Assembly: GCA_000934665.2 (NCBI GenBank) | Contig: JYFJ02002076.1 | Coordinates: 1-63,486 of the forward strand | DNA length: 63,486 bases | DNA from: Catajapyx aquilonaris | Lineage: Eukaryota | Direction of reading: 5' to 3' | In this document: in pieces, positions 52,070-62,377 of the stretch | How positions within the stretch are numbered: the stretch's first letter is position 1 | Layout: every line of letters starts with the position of its first letter | The notes under the pieces: model-generated | The model's input: the letters and a program-made list of their open reading frames with translations, nothing else | Told to the model about the DNA's origin: nothing | Databases searched by the model: none | Position numbers and translations under genes: made by a program

Positions 52070-52435
52070 TTAGGTCTACAGCTGATGATAGATAGGTTTT
52101 GAAGAGGATTTTGTACAACATTTTAGTTCATATTCAATTTTGAAAATGGGTGGTGCAATAAAGTTCAAAATTTTTACTGATCACTTAGGATGTAGTCCTA
52201 CAAAAAGCTACAATTGATGATTAATAGGTTTCAGTGGGAATTTGTACAACTTTTTAATTGATATAGTTTTGAAAATTGGTGATGCAAGAATAATTCAACA
52301 TTTTTACGGATTACTTAGGATGTAAGTCTACAAAGATCTCAATTTGATGACTTCTAGGTTCAATGGGGAATTTGTACAACCTTTTAGTTTATACAGTTTT
52401 GAAAATTAGTGATACAAGAAAAGATCAAAATTTCA
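52070..52435. repeat. About 3 diverged copies of a 130-bp tandem repeat just downstream of the kinase stop
   Basis: TTGTACAAC at 52111, 52242 and 52372, each followed by TTTTGAAAAT. Confidence 0.8.
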
Positions 52436-52526
52436 GTTTAGTCAGGTTTGGAGGCTATTGGAGGTTATTGAAGGAGCTGCCTGAAGTCTAGGTAGTGCAG
52501 GCAGGCAGGCATCAGGTTTCATCTGG

Positions 52527-54476
52527 TTAGCAAGAAGTGGTAGATGGCTCAAGCAGGGAGGATTCCTCATTTCCCCATTCCTTAGTGTCGCCATCATAAT
52601 GCTTAGCCTCTTCTCCATCTTCCGTATCTGACGATGTTGGGACTGGATCTTGTGATCCTGTGGCAAGCAACTTCTTTGTGACCGGTTTTCTTGTTCTTGT
52701 TGACTGCTCCAGCTTCCAAGTAGAAACTGACTGTTGGCATGTGCTCTTTACTTCTTTGTACGTAGAGGTTGTCAAGGTGGTTATGACAGGAGTACACTCC
52801 TGCTCTTGAAGCCACTGGGCACCTTGTTCTTCTAAACTGCCTTTCTCTGTACTGGAGATGGGTGATTCATCATTTCCCCATTCCTTAGCGTCACCATCAT
52901 AATGCTTAGCCTCTTCTCCATCTTCCTTTTCTGACGATGTTGGGACTGGATCTTGTGATCCTGTGGCAAGCAACTTCTTTGTGACCGGTTTTCTTGTTCT
53001 TGTTGACTGCTCCAGCTGCCAAGTAGAAACTGACTGTTGGCATGTGCTCTGTACTACTTTGTACGTAGAGGTTGTCAAGGTGGTTATGACAGGAGTACAC
53101 TCCTGCTCTTGAAGCCACTGGGCACCTTGTTCTTCTAAACTGCCTTTCTCTGTACTGGAGATGGGTGTTTCCAACCTGGTGATGGCAGCAGGAGTGCTCT
53201 TCTCTTGAGGTGATGATGCTTTTTGCAGCTGGGTAGCAGATTCCTTTGAATTGTATTTCTGTTCTGGAGACATAATTGTTGTTATTGTGGGAATCAGAGG
53301 GTGAGGTGGAGGGGTTCTCTCATGTTGTGTCTGAGGTGGCTTCTTTGTTGTATTCTTTGCTTGGGATACAATGGATGAGGTCTTTATGCCAGCGCCTTTC
53401 TGCTCGCTGCAGATCAGTTGATCCAGCTCAGGCAGAAATTTTTCAAGAAATCTATCACTCTTGAAATAAGAATGTTTCATTAGATTTTTTGCCTTCCATC
53501 GTGTCTTTGGGTCAGGATCCAGGCAACAGCCAAGGAAGTCGAGAGTCTCATTGGTCCACTCAGGGCGCAGGTTTTTAAGGCACTCGTTCACTTTCAGCCA
53601 GGGTTTTTTATCCTTGTTTTCCAACTCTCCTCCCTTACATTCATAATAACTTGTCATCGTTTTGCAAAATTTTTTGGAAACTGCACGCATCAGCTTGTGA
53701 TTATCCTTAATTAATTGCCACTGGGACTCTGTGAGGTGTCCCAGGCAGTTAGTCACAAGAATCAGTTGGTGTTCATTTGACTCACCAGGAAATAAAGCCT
53801 TTCCACTCAGTATCTCATACAACAGACAGCCAAATGACCAGATGTCCACTTTTCTTCCATATTTGTGCTCTTGCACTATCATCTCTGGAGCACGGTACCA
53901 AGTCGTGGCGACATAACCGGTCAGTGTTACCTCCGTTCCTGCAGTCCCTGGCTGTCTGGTGTCCTTGCTGGTTGGATGTGTTCCAGCACTCTGCTGTGCT
54001 AACTCCTGGCTTGTAGATAAACAATATCTTGAGCATCCGAAGTCACATAATTTAATTAAACCGCTTGTCGTAACGAGGACATTTTCAGGCTTGATATCCC
54101 GATGCATAATTTTATTAGCATGGCAATAATGCATGGCTCTCAACAGCTGATAGACATATCTTCGTGCACGGTCAGGATGTAAACCCGGTGAGGAAGATTT
54201 TTGTAGCTCTTTCCTAAGTGAATGGTGCACATACTCCAAAACAATGAAGGTACTTTGACAGTTGCGAAAGACTTCTATCAGGCCTACGAGATTTTCGTGT
54301 TGGAGCTTCTGGAGAAATTCAACCTCCCTCTTAATCATCAACTTGTGTTGTTCGCCTACTCCAGCTCTTCTTATTGCTTTGATTGCAACCATTTTTCCAG
54401 TTATTTTGCTTTTTGCTTTCGTCACTTCGCCAAAACCTCCCCTTCCTATGATTCTGAAGGTCTCATACCTCTCCAT
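52527..54476 (-). CDS. CDKL: Intronless divergent cyclin-dependent kinase-like (CDKL2/3-type) Ser/Thr kinase, 649 aa
   Basis: All catalytic motifs present (GRGGFG, VAIK, HRDIKPEN, DFG, WYRAPE). CDKL-type segments include HENLVGLIEVFR, EYVHH, GLIKLCDFG and FLEKFLPEL. Long low-complexity tail. Confidence 0.9.
   Translation of the reverse strand: MERYETFRIIGRGGFGEVTKAKSKITGKMVAIKAIRRAGVGEQHKLMIKREVEFLQKLQHENLVGLIEVFRNCQSTFIVLEYVHHSLRKELQKSSSPGLHPDRARRYVYQLLRAMHYCHANKIMHRDIKPENVLVTTSGLIKLCDFGCSRYCLSTSQELAQQSAGTHPTSKDTRQPGTAGTEVTLTGYVATTWYRAPEMIVQEHKYGRKVDIWSFGCLLYEILSGKALFPGESNEHQLILVTNCLGHLTESQWQLIKDNHKLMRAVSKKFCKTMTSYYECKGGELENKDKKPWLKVNECLKNLRPEWTNETLDFLGCCLDPDPKTRWKAKNLMKHSYFKSDRFLEKFLPELDQLICSEQKGAGIKTSSIVSQAKNTTKKPPQTQHERTPPPHPLIPTITTIMSPEQKYNSKESATQLQKASSPQEKSTPAAITRLETPISSTEKGSLEEQGAQWLQEQECTPVITTLTTSTYKVVQSTCQQSVSTWQLEQSTRTRKPVTKKLLATGSQDPVPTSSEKEDGEEAKHYDGDAKEWGNDESPISSTEKGSLEEQGAQWLQEQECTPVITTLTTSTYKEVKSTCQQSVSTWKLEQSTRTRKPVTKKLLATGSQDPVPTSSDTEDGEEAKHYDGDTKEWGNEESSLLEPSTTSC
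52562..53167 (-). repeat. In-frame 303-bp tandem duplication (101 aa) in the kinase tail
   Basis: Units 52562-52864 and 52865-53167 are nearly identical (PISSTEKGSLEEQGAQW...KEWGN). Confidence 0.95.
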
Positions 54477-55037
54477 TGTGGCTGCAATATGATATGAATT
54501 ATTAACACTGCTTTGTTGGGGTGCTGATTTTTGTAGCTATCCCAGAGATATCAGTTGCAAAAATCGAGGGATCAAAGGATTTGAAGCTATAGACTGACTG
54601 GGACCGGCTGTGACTTGTGGCATTTCAAAATGAGCACTGTGGCATAATTGATTGAGTGTTGGTGATCTGTTGCCGATTTGAATAATTTTACCATTGCAAC
54701 CTCCAACACTAGTACTTCTTTTGTTATACCATACCTTTTAATTACGTGTGACACAGTTGAACAGTACTCTCGGAACAAGGCCCTGAATTTACTTTTCCCT
54801 TTAAAATACATATTCAATTTCATGGAATTTTAATACATCTATGCCTATATGCATCTATTATTATTGTAGCAAAAATCCCTCGAGTAACCTAAGAATATTC
54901 CTTGAAATAAGTAAGACATTTGTAAGTAACGGTTCATAAATGTTTCTGGGGACAAAAATCTGTGGATAATAGATGGCATTTTTTATGTTAAAGAAATTGA
55001 TTTGCATCTTTGCCTACCTAAAATACGTTTTTTGCAG

Positions 55038-55370
55038 GTGCGCTTGGTGGCAGATGTAACCGCCAGGAGAGGAAGGGGAAGGATGTGATCCACCTACTGT
55101 CAGTCACTCTGGATGAACTCTACAATGGTGAGGTGAGGAGATTGGCCGTGGCGAAGAAGATAGTCTTCGACAAGTGGGAAGGAAGGTTACGCCATGTGTT
55201 GCAACATGTGTAATGGGCAAGGGATAGTGGTTCGCATTTAAGCCCTGGAGCCTGGTGCTGTCCAGCAGAAGCAGTGCCCGTGAATGTATTGACCCCAAGG
55301 ACAGGTGAAAGATCTGTATGGAACAAAATATGGTCCACAGCAGGAAGATCCTGGAAATGAATATTGATAA
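55038..55370 (+). pseudogene. DnaJ subfamily A (DNAJA1-like) pseudo-exon
   Basis: Manual translation gives [40 protein letters not shown] / [23 protein letters not shown] / IDPKDR*KIC...RKILEMNID. This matches the DNAJA zinc-finger region, with stops, deletions and lost cysteines. Confidence 0.88.
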
Positions 55371-55570
55371 TTTATCAATAGTCCAAGTATAAGGTTGCTG
55401 TACATTACTTTGCCTGTTATTTTCACCTACATTGGACCTCTTAAACTAATATTACTTTTACATGTTGTAGAAAGTGTACTAAAAATACAACACCAAAGGG
55501 CATGAAACCTGTAAATAGTAGCTAACTGTGAAGTCTACAAGATAATATTGTGTTTGTATTTCCCTGTATA

Positions 55571-55997
55571 CAGGGTGGTCGGTAAATGGTGCACAAGCTT
55601 CAGGTAGCGAGATTCCTTGTGAAAAACCAGTATATGGAAGTGAAGGTCATATTGCTCTACGAGGCCTGGTTAGGGCTGACGAGGCCTCCAAAGTTTGGGC
55701 CAAATCATGACGTCACATCCACCCGCGAAATTCAAACACTACCGTATAAACTGGCGGGGACGTTGCCAGGCATGCGGGGCAACGTCCTGGCAACATGGCA
55801 ACAAACCGTGTCCAGTAGCGATACGGTAGTGTTTGAATTTCGCAGGCGGATGTGACGTCATTATTTGGCCCAAATTTTGGAGGCCTCGTGAGCCCTAACC
55901 AGGCATCGTAGAGCAATATGACCTTCACTTCCACATACTGGTTTTTCACAAGGAATCTCGCTACCTGAAGCTTGTGCGCCATTTACCGACCACCCTG
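55571..55997. mobile_element. Tc1/mariner-type palindromic MITE
   Basis: TA|CAGGGTGGTCGGTAAATGG ... CCATTTACCGACCACCCTG|TA with about 175-bp arms. Confidence 0.9.
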
Positions 55998-56319
55998 TAT
56001 AGAGTGAACCTTGTTGTAATGGGTCTCATGTTGTAATGGGTATGACACAGGCTTTATGCAGAGTTTTGCCACTAATTTTTATACTACAAGCTACTAAATA
56101 CTTGTATCCAGTAATTTGCCCATATTTTCCCACATTACTGATGCCAAGCAGGATATTTATCCTAGAAAAGTCAGATAATTCCTATAAGTCACATTGAGAA
56201 AAATGGTCTCCAAATAGATTACATGTGTGAAAATACAATGGGTATTTGAATGATATAATTAACAGGTACAATTTAACGCTAAATGTTGTTTTTTGTTGTT
56301 GTGGGTTATCAGGGGCTTA

Positions 56320-56444
56320 GGGCCGGTTTCACCGAGCTTGGTATATGATAAAACCAGGTTTCTTTAGGAAAATCCATACAAATAGATAGGTATTTTGAGA
56401 AATACCCTGGTTTTATCATATACTGAGCTCGGTGAAACCGGCCC
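56320..56444. mobile_element. 125-bp PIF/Harbinger MITE
   Basis: GGGCCGGTTTCACCGAGCT ... AGCTCGGTGAAACCGGCCC with TTA TSD. One mismatch to the copy at 61991. Confidence 0.9.
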
Positions 56445-56939
56445 TTAGTGATATGATTTTTAAAATGAAAGATGTCACATCAGAATCAACTACTCTTGAA
56501 TTCAGGATTTACGGGCTTTTGAAACTGACTGACCCCCCTTTGGTCTTACCTTTAGCAGTATGGTGAGGTATCCGTCTCAAATTCAGTAACCATGGGCTCC
56601 TCCTGCCCCACTAGCATGCCCCATTAACAGATGTATACAGACTGGTACATATAACATGCATTAATTATGCTTTAAAAATTTGAGCCTGTGTTGTAAATTT
56701 TTTAAATTTTTTAAATGAAATAATATGGTGAGTTGTTAACATGTGTTTCCATGGCTTGGGCTAAGCAGGGCAAGAATGGATAAGGCTGCCAATGGGGAAA
56801 ATACTGGATTTTCTTTGCATACAGTAAACGACATTAAATTCTTGCATGGTGATTGGACAGAGACATTGCCTCCAGTGGTAACTTACTCCCATTGCTCCCC
56901 TTCCCCTCTCTCCCCTATTAACACCATAAATCAGTAGTG

Positions 56940-57170
56940 CAGAGGTTTGCAACCTTTTACCAACTGCGACCCCCTAAACATGTTTCCATAAATGTGTGAC
57001 CCCCCCCCCNNCCCCCGGCCCCTTCTACAACTGACCCATTTCCAGAAAACATACACTCTGTACGGCCGCAAAAATGGTTCAATTTACACAGAAATTGCAA
57101 AAAAAAAAGTTGAACAAAGGCTCACGACCCCCCGCGACTCTGCCCACGACCCCCAGGTTGGAAACCACTG
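56940..57170. mobile_element. hAT (Charlie-like) MITE
   Basis: CAGAGGTTTGCAACCT ... AGGTTGGAAACCACTG, GACCCC motifs, and TSD CAGTAGTG / CATTAGTG. Confidence 0.8.
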
Positions 57171-57368
57171 CATTAGTGTGTAGCAATTTTCTGTATCAGA
57201 AAAAAGTGTAAGTTTACCATCTTACATCTTCCATATAACTTGTATGAATAAGTTTTTTTGTCCATGGCAACAGAGTTACCATGGTAACCTGTTGCCATGG
57301 ACCAAAACAATAGGACTCCATGGAAATGGGTTACCATGGCAACAAGTTACTATAACAATGGGTATGGT

Positions 57369-57972
57369 CAGTGACGTATTTAGCCATTTGCCGGCCCTAG
57401 GCATAACCTTATCTGCCGCCGCCCCCCACTCCTGTCTGTTTTTTTAGGTCCGAGATTGGCGAAATTCCGCAATTTGCGGATTTCAAGGCCAAATATCTCG
57501 AAAATTGTTGTTTCAAATTATTTTGAAATTTTGGTGATTCAAGTACTTAGCAAAATCCAGTGAATTTCATCTTGGGGGTTATACATTTTCTATGCCGCTC
57601 CAAGGTGAATCGGCCGATGCCCAGACAAGTAAGGGTGAAAGTCGCCTGTAGATCCTGCACAGATCCCCACTGTCCTAGGGGGGAAGGGTGCATGCGACTT
57701 TCGCCTTACTGGTCTCGAGCATCGGGCGATTCATCTTGGGGTGGCACATGAACGGTGACGCCATAAAGTCTTGCATAAAGTACATATTTTCGCACGCGTC
57801 AAAATTTTCTCCTCGATACATTTTTTCGCCTCCATGACAGTTAATGTCATGGATGCGGAAAATTTTATCGAGGAGAAAATTATCTTGACTCTAGGGCGGC
57901 AAATTTTGCCGCCCCCTAAAATTTGCCGCCCTAGGCACGTGCCTACTTGGTCTAATTGGTAATATGTCACTG
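57369..57972. mobile_element. hAT MITE
   Basis: TIRs CAGTGACGTATT / AATATGTCACTG, exact 8-bp TSD GGTATGGT, and GCCCTAGGCA motifs. Confidence 0.88.
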
Positions 57973-58266
57973 GGTATGGTACCGGTAACCCATTGTTTGT
58001 CCATGTCAGGGAGGTTACCATGTTGCCTGTTGCCAGGGTACCCTCGTGATGGACAAACAAACAAACATCCGGCCTCCATGGCAATGGGTTATCATGTTAC
58101 CTGGTGCCATGGAACCCTGTTATCATGGAGACCCTCTTCCATGGTAACATTGCTGGCATGGACAAACAAACAAACAATGGGTAACATGGTAACCCATTGT
58201 TTGTTTGTTTGTCCATGTCAGCGAGGTTATCATGGCAACGAGTGAACGAGTTACTATGGTAACAGG

Positions 58267-58716
58267 TAAGGTGACCATATTTTGAAAGCCAGAAAACAGG
58301 ACACCCCCTTCCCGCACCCTCCCTTCACCAAACGCAGGTTATACTGTCTTGGGTTTATCATTTTATGACTTTATGTTCATAGACATAGTTTATCTTTATG
58401 AATTATGTGACATTAATTTTGTTCATTTTCCATATGGCACTATTCTGTAAAGTAAATTAATGAAATAAAGGAGTGCAACAGCTAGGATTGGAAAGTAACG
58501 GAGCTCGCATGTCGCATCACGCATGTCTATTGTGTTCCTCTTTTGCTTTTAGAATACACTATACAGTGACACATTCTATTTCTTGAACCTCCAAGTACGG
58601 GAAAACCAGGACTGTCAGGACGTCTAACCTCCAAAAGCGAGACATTTGGGCGTCCCCAGACAAACTATGAGGACAGCAGGACAGGGGCCTAAAAAACAGG
58701 AGGTCTGGTCACATTA
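58267..58716. mobile_element. hAT MITE (TAGGGTGACCA type)
   Basis: TAAGGTGACCATA ... TCTGGTCACATTA, with TAACAGG duplicated on the flanks and CAGGAC subterminal motifs. Confidence 0.72.
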
Positions 58717-59160
58717 TAACAGGTAACATGGTAACCTGCTTCCATGGTAACCCATTGTTTATCCATGTCAGTGAGGCTACCATGCCAACGGATAACATGG
58801 TCACCTGTTGCCATAGTAACTCGTTCCCATGCAGATCCTGTTACCATGGAGTTACCATGGTAACCTCGCTGACATGGACAAACAAACAGCAGCTCTCCAT
58901 GGCAAGAGGTTTCCAGGGTAACCCTGTTGCCACAGAGACCAGCAGTTGCCATGGACAAACAAACAAACAAACTTTCCCTTGGGTATGCGTATGATAATAG
59001 TATTTGACAATGAGTTTTAATAAGCTGGGACTGACAATCTTCGTTGCCATTTATGCTGCGAATTGCTTAGTAATGACAACAATGGTGACGTCACTCCGAT
59101 CTAGGAAACCCGATAATCATTTTGATAACAATGGCTGATGAGGCCAATTATTCGACCTGT

Positions 59161-59753
59161 ACTAGCAGCGGAGCCCGTTCTTCGCACAGCCAGTTTCCTT
59201 GAGTAATCCATAACTGCCGCATACCGTGAAAATCCTATTTTAGTCATTTAGACTCAAAAAAGTGCGGTTTTCGGACCTTTACCGGAATCACCGAAACGTA
59301 GGCCTACATGAGTGTGCCAAGTTTCGGTTCTCTCAGAGGTGTGGAAGTGGGTTAGGGAGGTGGGACAAACATGTATACAAATATTTCCATGTATATTAAG
59401 AGGTGAGAAAAAGTTTGTCGGTATGTCCCAACCCCCCACCCGGGGTACCATGGCAATGCAATGGGGTGACCATGGAATCGGGTCTCCATATAGGAACGAG
59501 TCTCTATGGCAACCGGCGGGTTACCATGGCAACGGGTGTTCAGGACGCGGTCCCCTCCACACTCAATCCGGATAGGACAATCATGGCAACCATAGTTACC
59601 ATAGCATAACAGGGTTTCTATGACATCAACAGTGATTGACTGTTGATGTTTCATTGTTTCCATAGTAACAACAACACAATACCATAGCAACAATGGCATT
59701 CAACAATATCAATGGTGCCATGGTCCAGTGCAAAGAACGGGTATCCTGCTAGT
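59161..59753. mobile_element. Non-autonomous element with ACTAG inverted termini (Helitron/Helentron-like ends)
   Basis: ACTAGCAG..CCCGTTCTTCGCAC / GTGCAAAGAACGGG..CTGCTAGT, with internal CCATGGCAAC repeats. Confidence 0.6.
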
Positions 59754-61744
59754 TATTTCTTAAACGGACATTAAAGGGAGGGGGAGCAACATAATTATTC
59801 CGTAAAACAATTCCAGTCGGGTTGCGCTTGTTATTAATTGTTGACAAAAACTAACCGCCTTAGACTGTGGTAAGCTACTTTGTTATCAAAATTGCTTGCT
59901 ATAGATTTCAATATAATTGAAGGGCTCCATGGAACCCTTCAATTATGTTTAGTCAGCCGTTACCGTACCTCCCGTACCTGTTCAATGTTTCAACAAGCTT
60001 GCTCGTTGCTTTTGTTGCTAATATCAATAATATTATTGTTGATATGCCTCTTTCCCACTCTTTCCCGTCGATATCTTGCGTCACCCAACAGAGCTTATCA
60101 AGAGGGCGGAAAGGTTTGTCTTTTAATGCCCAAGTTGGAATACACCCCTGCCCTTCCCTGACAGCTTCAGGAAGAAAAATTAGCTGAGGGTAAATGAAGC
60201 TAGAAAGCGGAGGCGTCTGATCTGGAAGCAGCCCCNNNNNNNCCCCCCCCCCCCATGACTTTGGTCTGTTGCCACTTGAAGAATCAGCAGCGGTTCCACC
60301 ACTAACAACACAAGAGAACCCAGCGAATGCCATGCTCCCGCTGGATTTAATGACGCACGTCCGCACTGGTATACCCGGATTCCAAAGTATATGTGGAAGG
60401 GGACGCACGAATATTCCGGGTTTTGGTTACGGTTCAAGTCAACTGTGCACCCGGTTTGGGCTTCCACCAACTGATTTATTGTGTTTCTTGCTTGGCGGGT
60501 GGGCTGGAACTAATGCTGAAGAGTTGCTGACAACATTGTGGATTTCAGCCCTTGGAAATGATTCGGTACACCTATAGATATATGTACTGTAATGGGCGAT
60601 AATGGGTATGTTATAACCAAAATAAAAACTTCCTCTGGCTATACTACTGTTTACTAGGATGTTTACTATTTATTTTTACCCCATGCTACCAAAACAAAAT
60701 GCAGCCATTCCAAAGTGCTTGTTCTCCATCCAAAGCGATTTAAAAAAAAAAAAGTGTGCCCACATCTCATTGTCACGATTTGTAAATGTCCCTATAGGTG
60801 TGGTTAAACACCTTTAATTAATCAGTTGTCGGGATCGATTAGTCGAAATATCGGTCTTATTCCTTTGCAACAAGATTTACAAGCCGTACCTCTGGCAGGT
60901 TTAGATGAGAGAAAAACGTGAAGGAGAAAGCCCTTCTTAAACACTCCTCGATGCCTCTAATGCACCCATTTAATGAAAAGCCTGCCGCCAACATGTCAAT
61001 CTGTGGCTCAGGATGTTTTTCAAAATAGATTGCTTTGCCTGCGAGAGGCATATTTCATACTGTCCGTCTGGTAAAATAAAAATAACGGGGGGGTGGGGAT
61101 GTTCATTTGGCGGCGCGTTTCACGTTGTCTCGGTTGGTGTCGCGTTTTGCGGAAACGACGTTTGGAATTGCTAGTCTGTCAGAAGGAATGACGTTCAAAG
61201 CTGAAAGGACCTGGAAAATATTCGAATTATCCGCCATATAGCCTTTGCCCAACACGTGCAATTTGATGGACGACAATGAACTCGGTCTTTGCGCCTCGTG
61301 CAGCCTCGTGCGCATATGCTTTCATACCTTTATGTATGATTGGGATGCCTCATTAAAGTCGATAATATGAGGAGGTACGTTTCAAAGGGATTTGTATGCT
61401 GTAACGCCGGAACGTTTATGCGCAGTTACATTTGGTGGTCGTGTAGAGAGCGATCTGCAGAAATAAATCATCTTGTGACCACTTGGCGCAAAGGAAAGCG
61501 ATTTTTAACCCCTTCACTATACCAGCTAGGCCCAAAACGCCTATATAGATTGTTGTCTACGCCTACTCTGAAGATAAAGACAAGGTATTTTACCAATAAT
61601 AACACCTAACTAATAACAGCCATAATTCCGAATGTGTTGCGAATAATTTTACTCCTCTAGAAGTCCCTAAATTTATTTCCAAAAAGACCGCTGTAAAAAC
61701 TCGAAATTACGCTTTACACACACTTTATAAGTGGGAAAAGAAGA

Positions 61745-61818
61745 TGGCCCGCATGGGGGTCGAACCCACGACCTTCGCGTTATCAGCACGACGCTCTAAC
61801 CAACTGAGCTAACGGGCC
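61745..61818 (-). tRNA. tRNA-Ile-GAT: tRNA-Ile, anticodon GAT
   Basis: 74-nt cloverleaf, exact reverse complement of 62304-62377, followed by a T4 run (61736-61739). Confidence 0.93.
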
Positions 61819-61990
61819 TGGTTGTTATACAACTGGTTCAAATGAAACGTAAAGTGATAAAACAATCTATAGAGTGATAAAAATATTACTCGACCTTCTC
61901 TTTCCTGAAGACAGTGATCATTACAATTTATGGGATGGGAGGATGAGGAGAGGGTTCATTCGAGGGGAGTACATTGTTAGTTTTGATTCA

Positions 61991-62115
61991 GGGCCGGTTT
62001 CACCGAGCTTGGTATATGATAAAACCAGGTTTCTTTAGGAAAATCCATACAAATAGATAGGGATTTTGAGAAATACCCTGGTTTTATCATATACTGAGCT
62101 CGGTGAAACCGGCCC
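61991..62115. mobile_element. 125-bp PIF/Harbinger MITE in the tRNA-pair spacer
   Basis: Identical to 56320-56444 except for one base. Confidence 0.9.
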
Positions 62116-62303
62116 TGAATGGAAAGCGACAGTTGGACACCTCCCCCCCCCNCTCCCCTCGAATGAACCCTCTCCTCATCCTCCCATCCCATAAATTGTA
62201 ATGATCACTGTCTTCAGGAAAGAGAAGGTCGAGTAATATTTTTATCACTCTATAGATTGTTTTATCACTTTACGTTTCATTTGAACCAGTTGTATAACAA
62301 CCA

Positions 62304-62377
62304 GGCCCGTTAGCTCAGTTGGTTAGAGCGTCGTGCTGATAACGCGAAGGTCGTGGGTTCGACCCCCATGCGGGCCA
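62304..62377 (+). tRNA. tRNA-Ile-GAT: tRNA-Ile, anticodon GAT
   Basis: GGCCCGT/GCGGGCC acceptor stem, GCTC/GAGC D stem, TCGTG-CTGATAA-CGCGA anticodon arm (GAT at 62338-62340), GTGGG-TTCGACC-CCCAT T arm, discriminator A, and T5 Pol III terminator at 62383-62387. Confidence 0.93.

Larger units (their letters stand above)
57259..58970. repeat. Repeat built from GTTRCCATGGYAAC-like palindromes and (AAAC)n units, split by two hAT insertions
   Basis: Palindromes at 57275, 57330, 58226, 58250, 58807 and 58851, among others. CATGGACAAACAAAC units occur in both orientations. Confidence 0.8.

Noticed and set aside
53883..53921. Calling the kinase p38 MAPK because of TGY
   Set aside because: The N-lobe, the HRDIKPEN/LCDFG segment and the post-kinase helix are CDKL-type, not p38-type.
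59880..60577. Possible transposase remnant (KLVETLNRYG...) on the minus strand
   Set aside because: The similarity is too short and vague, and the region contains an N gap.
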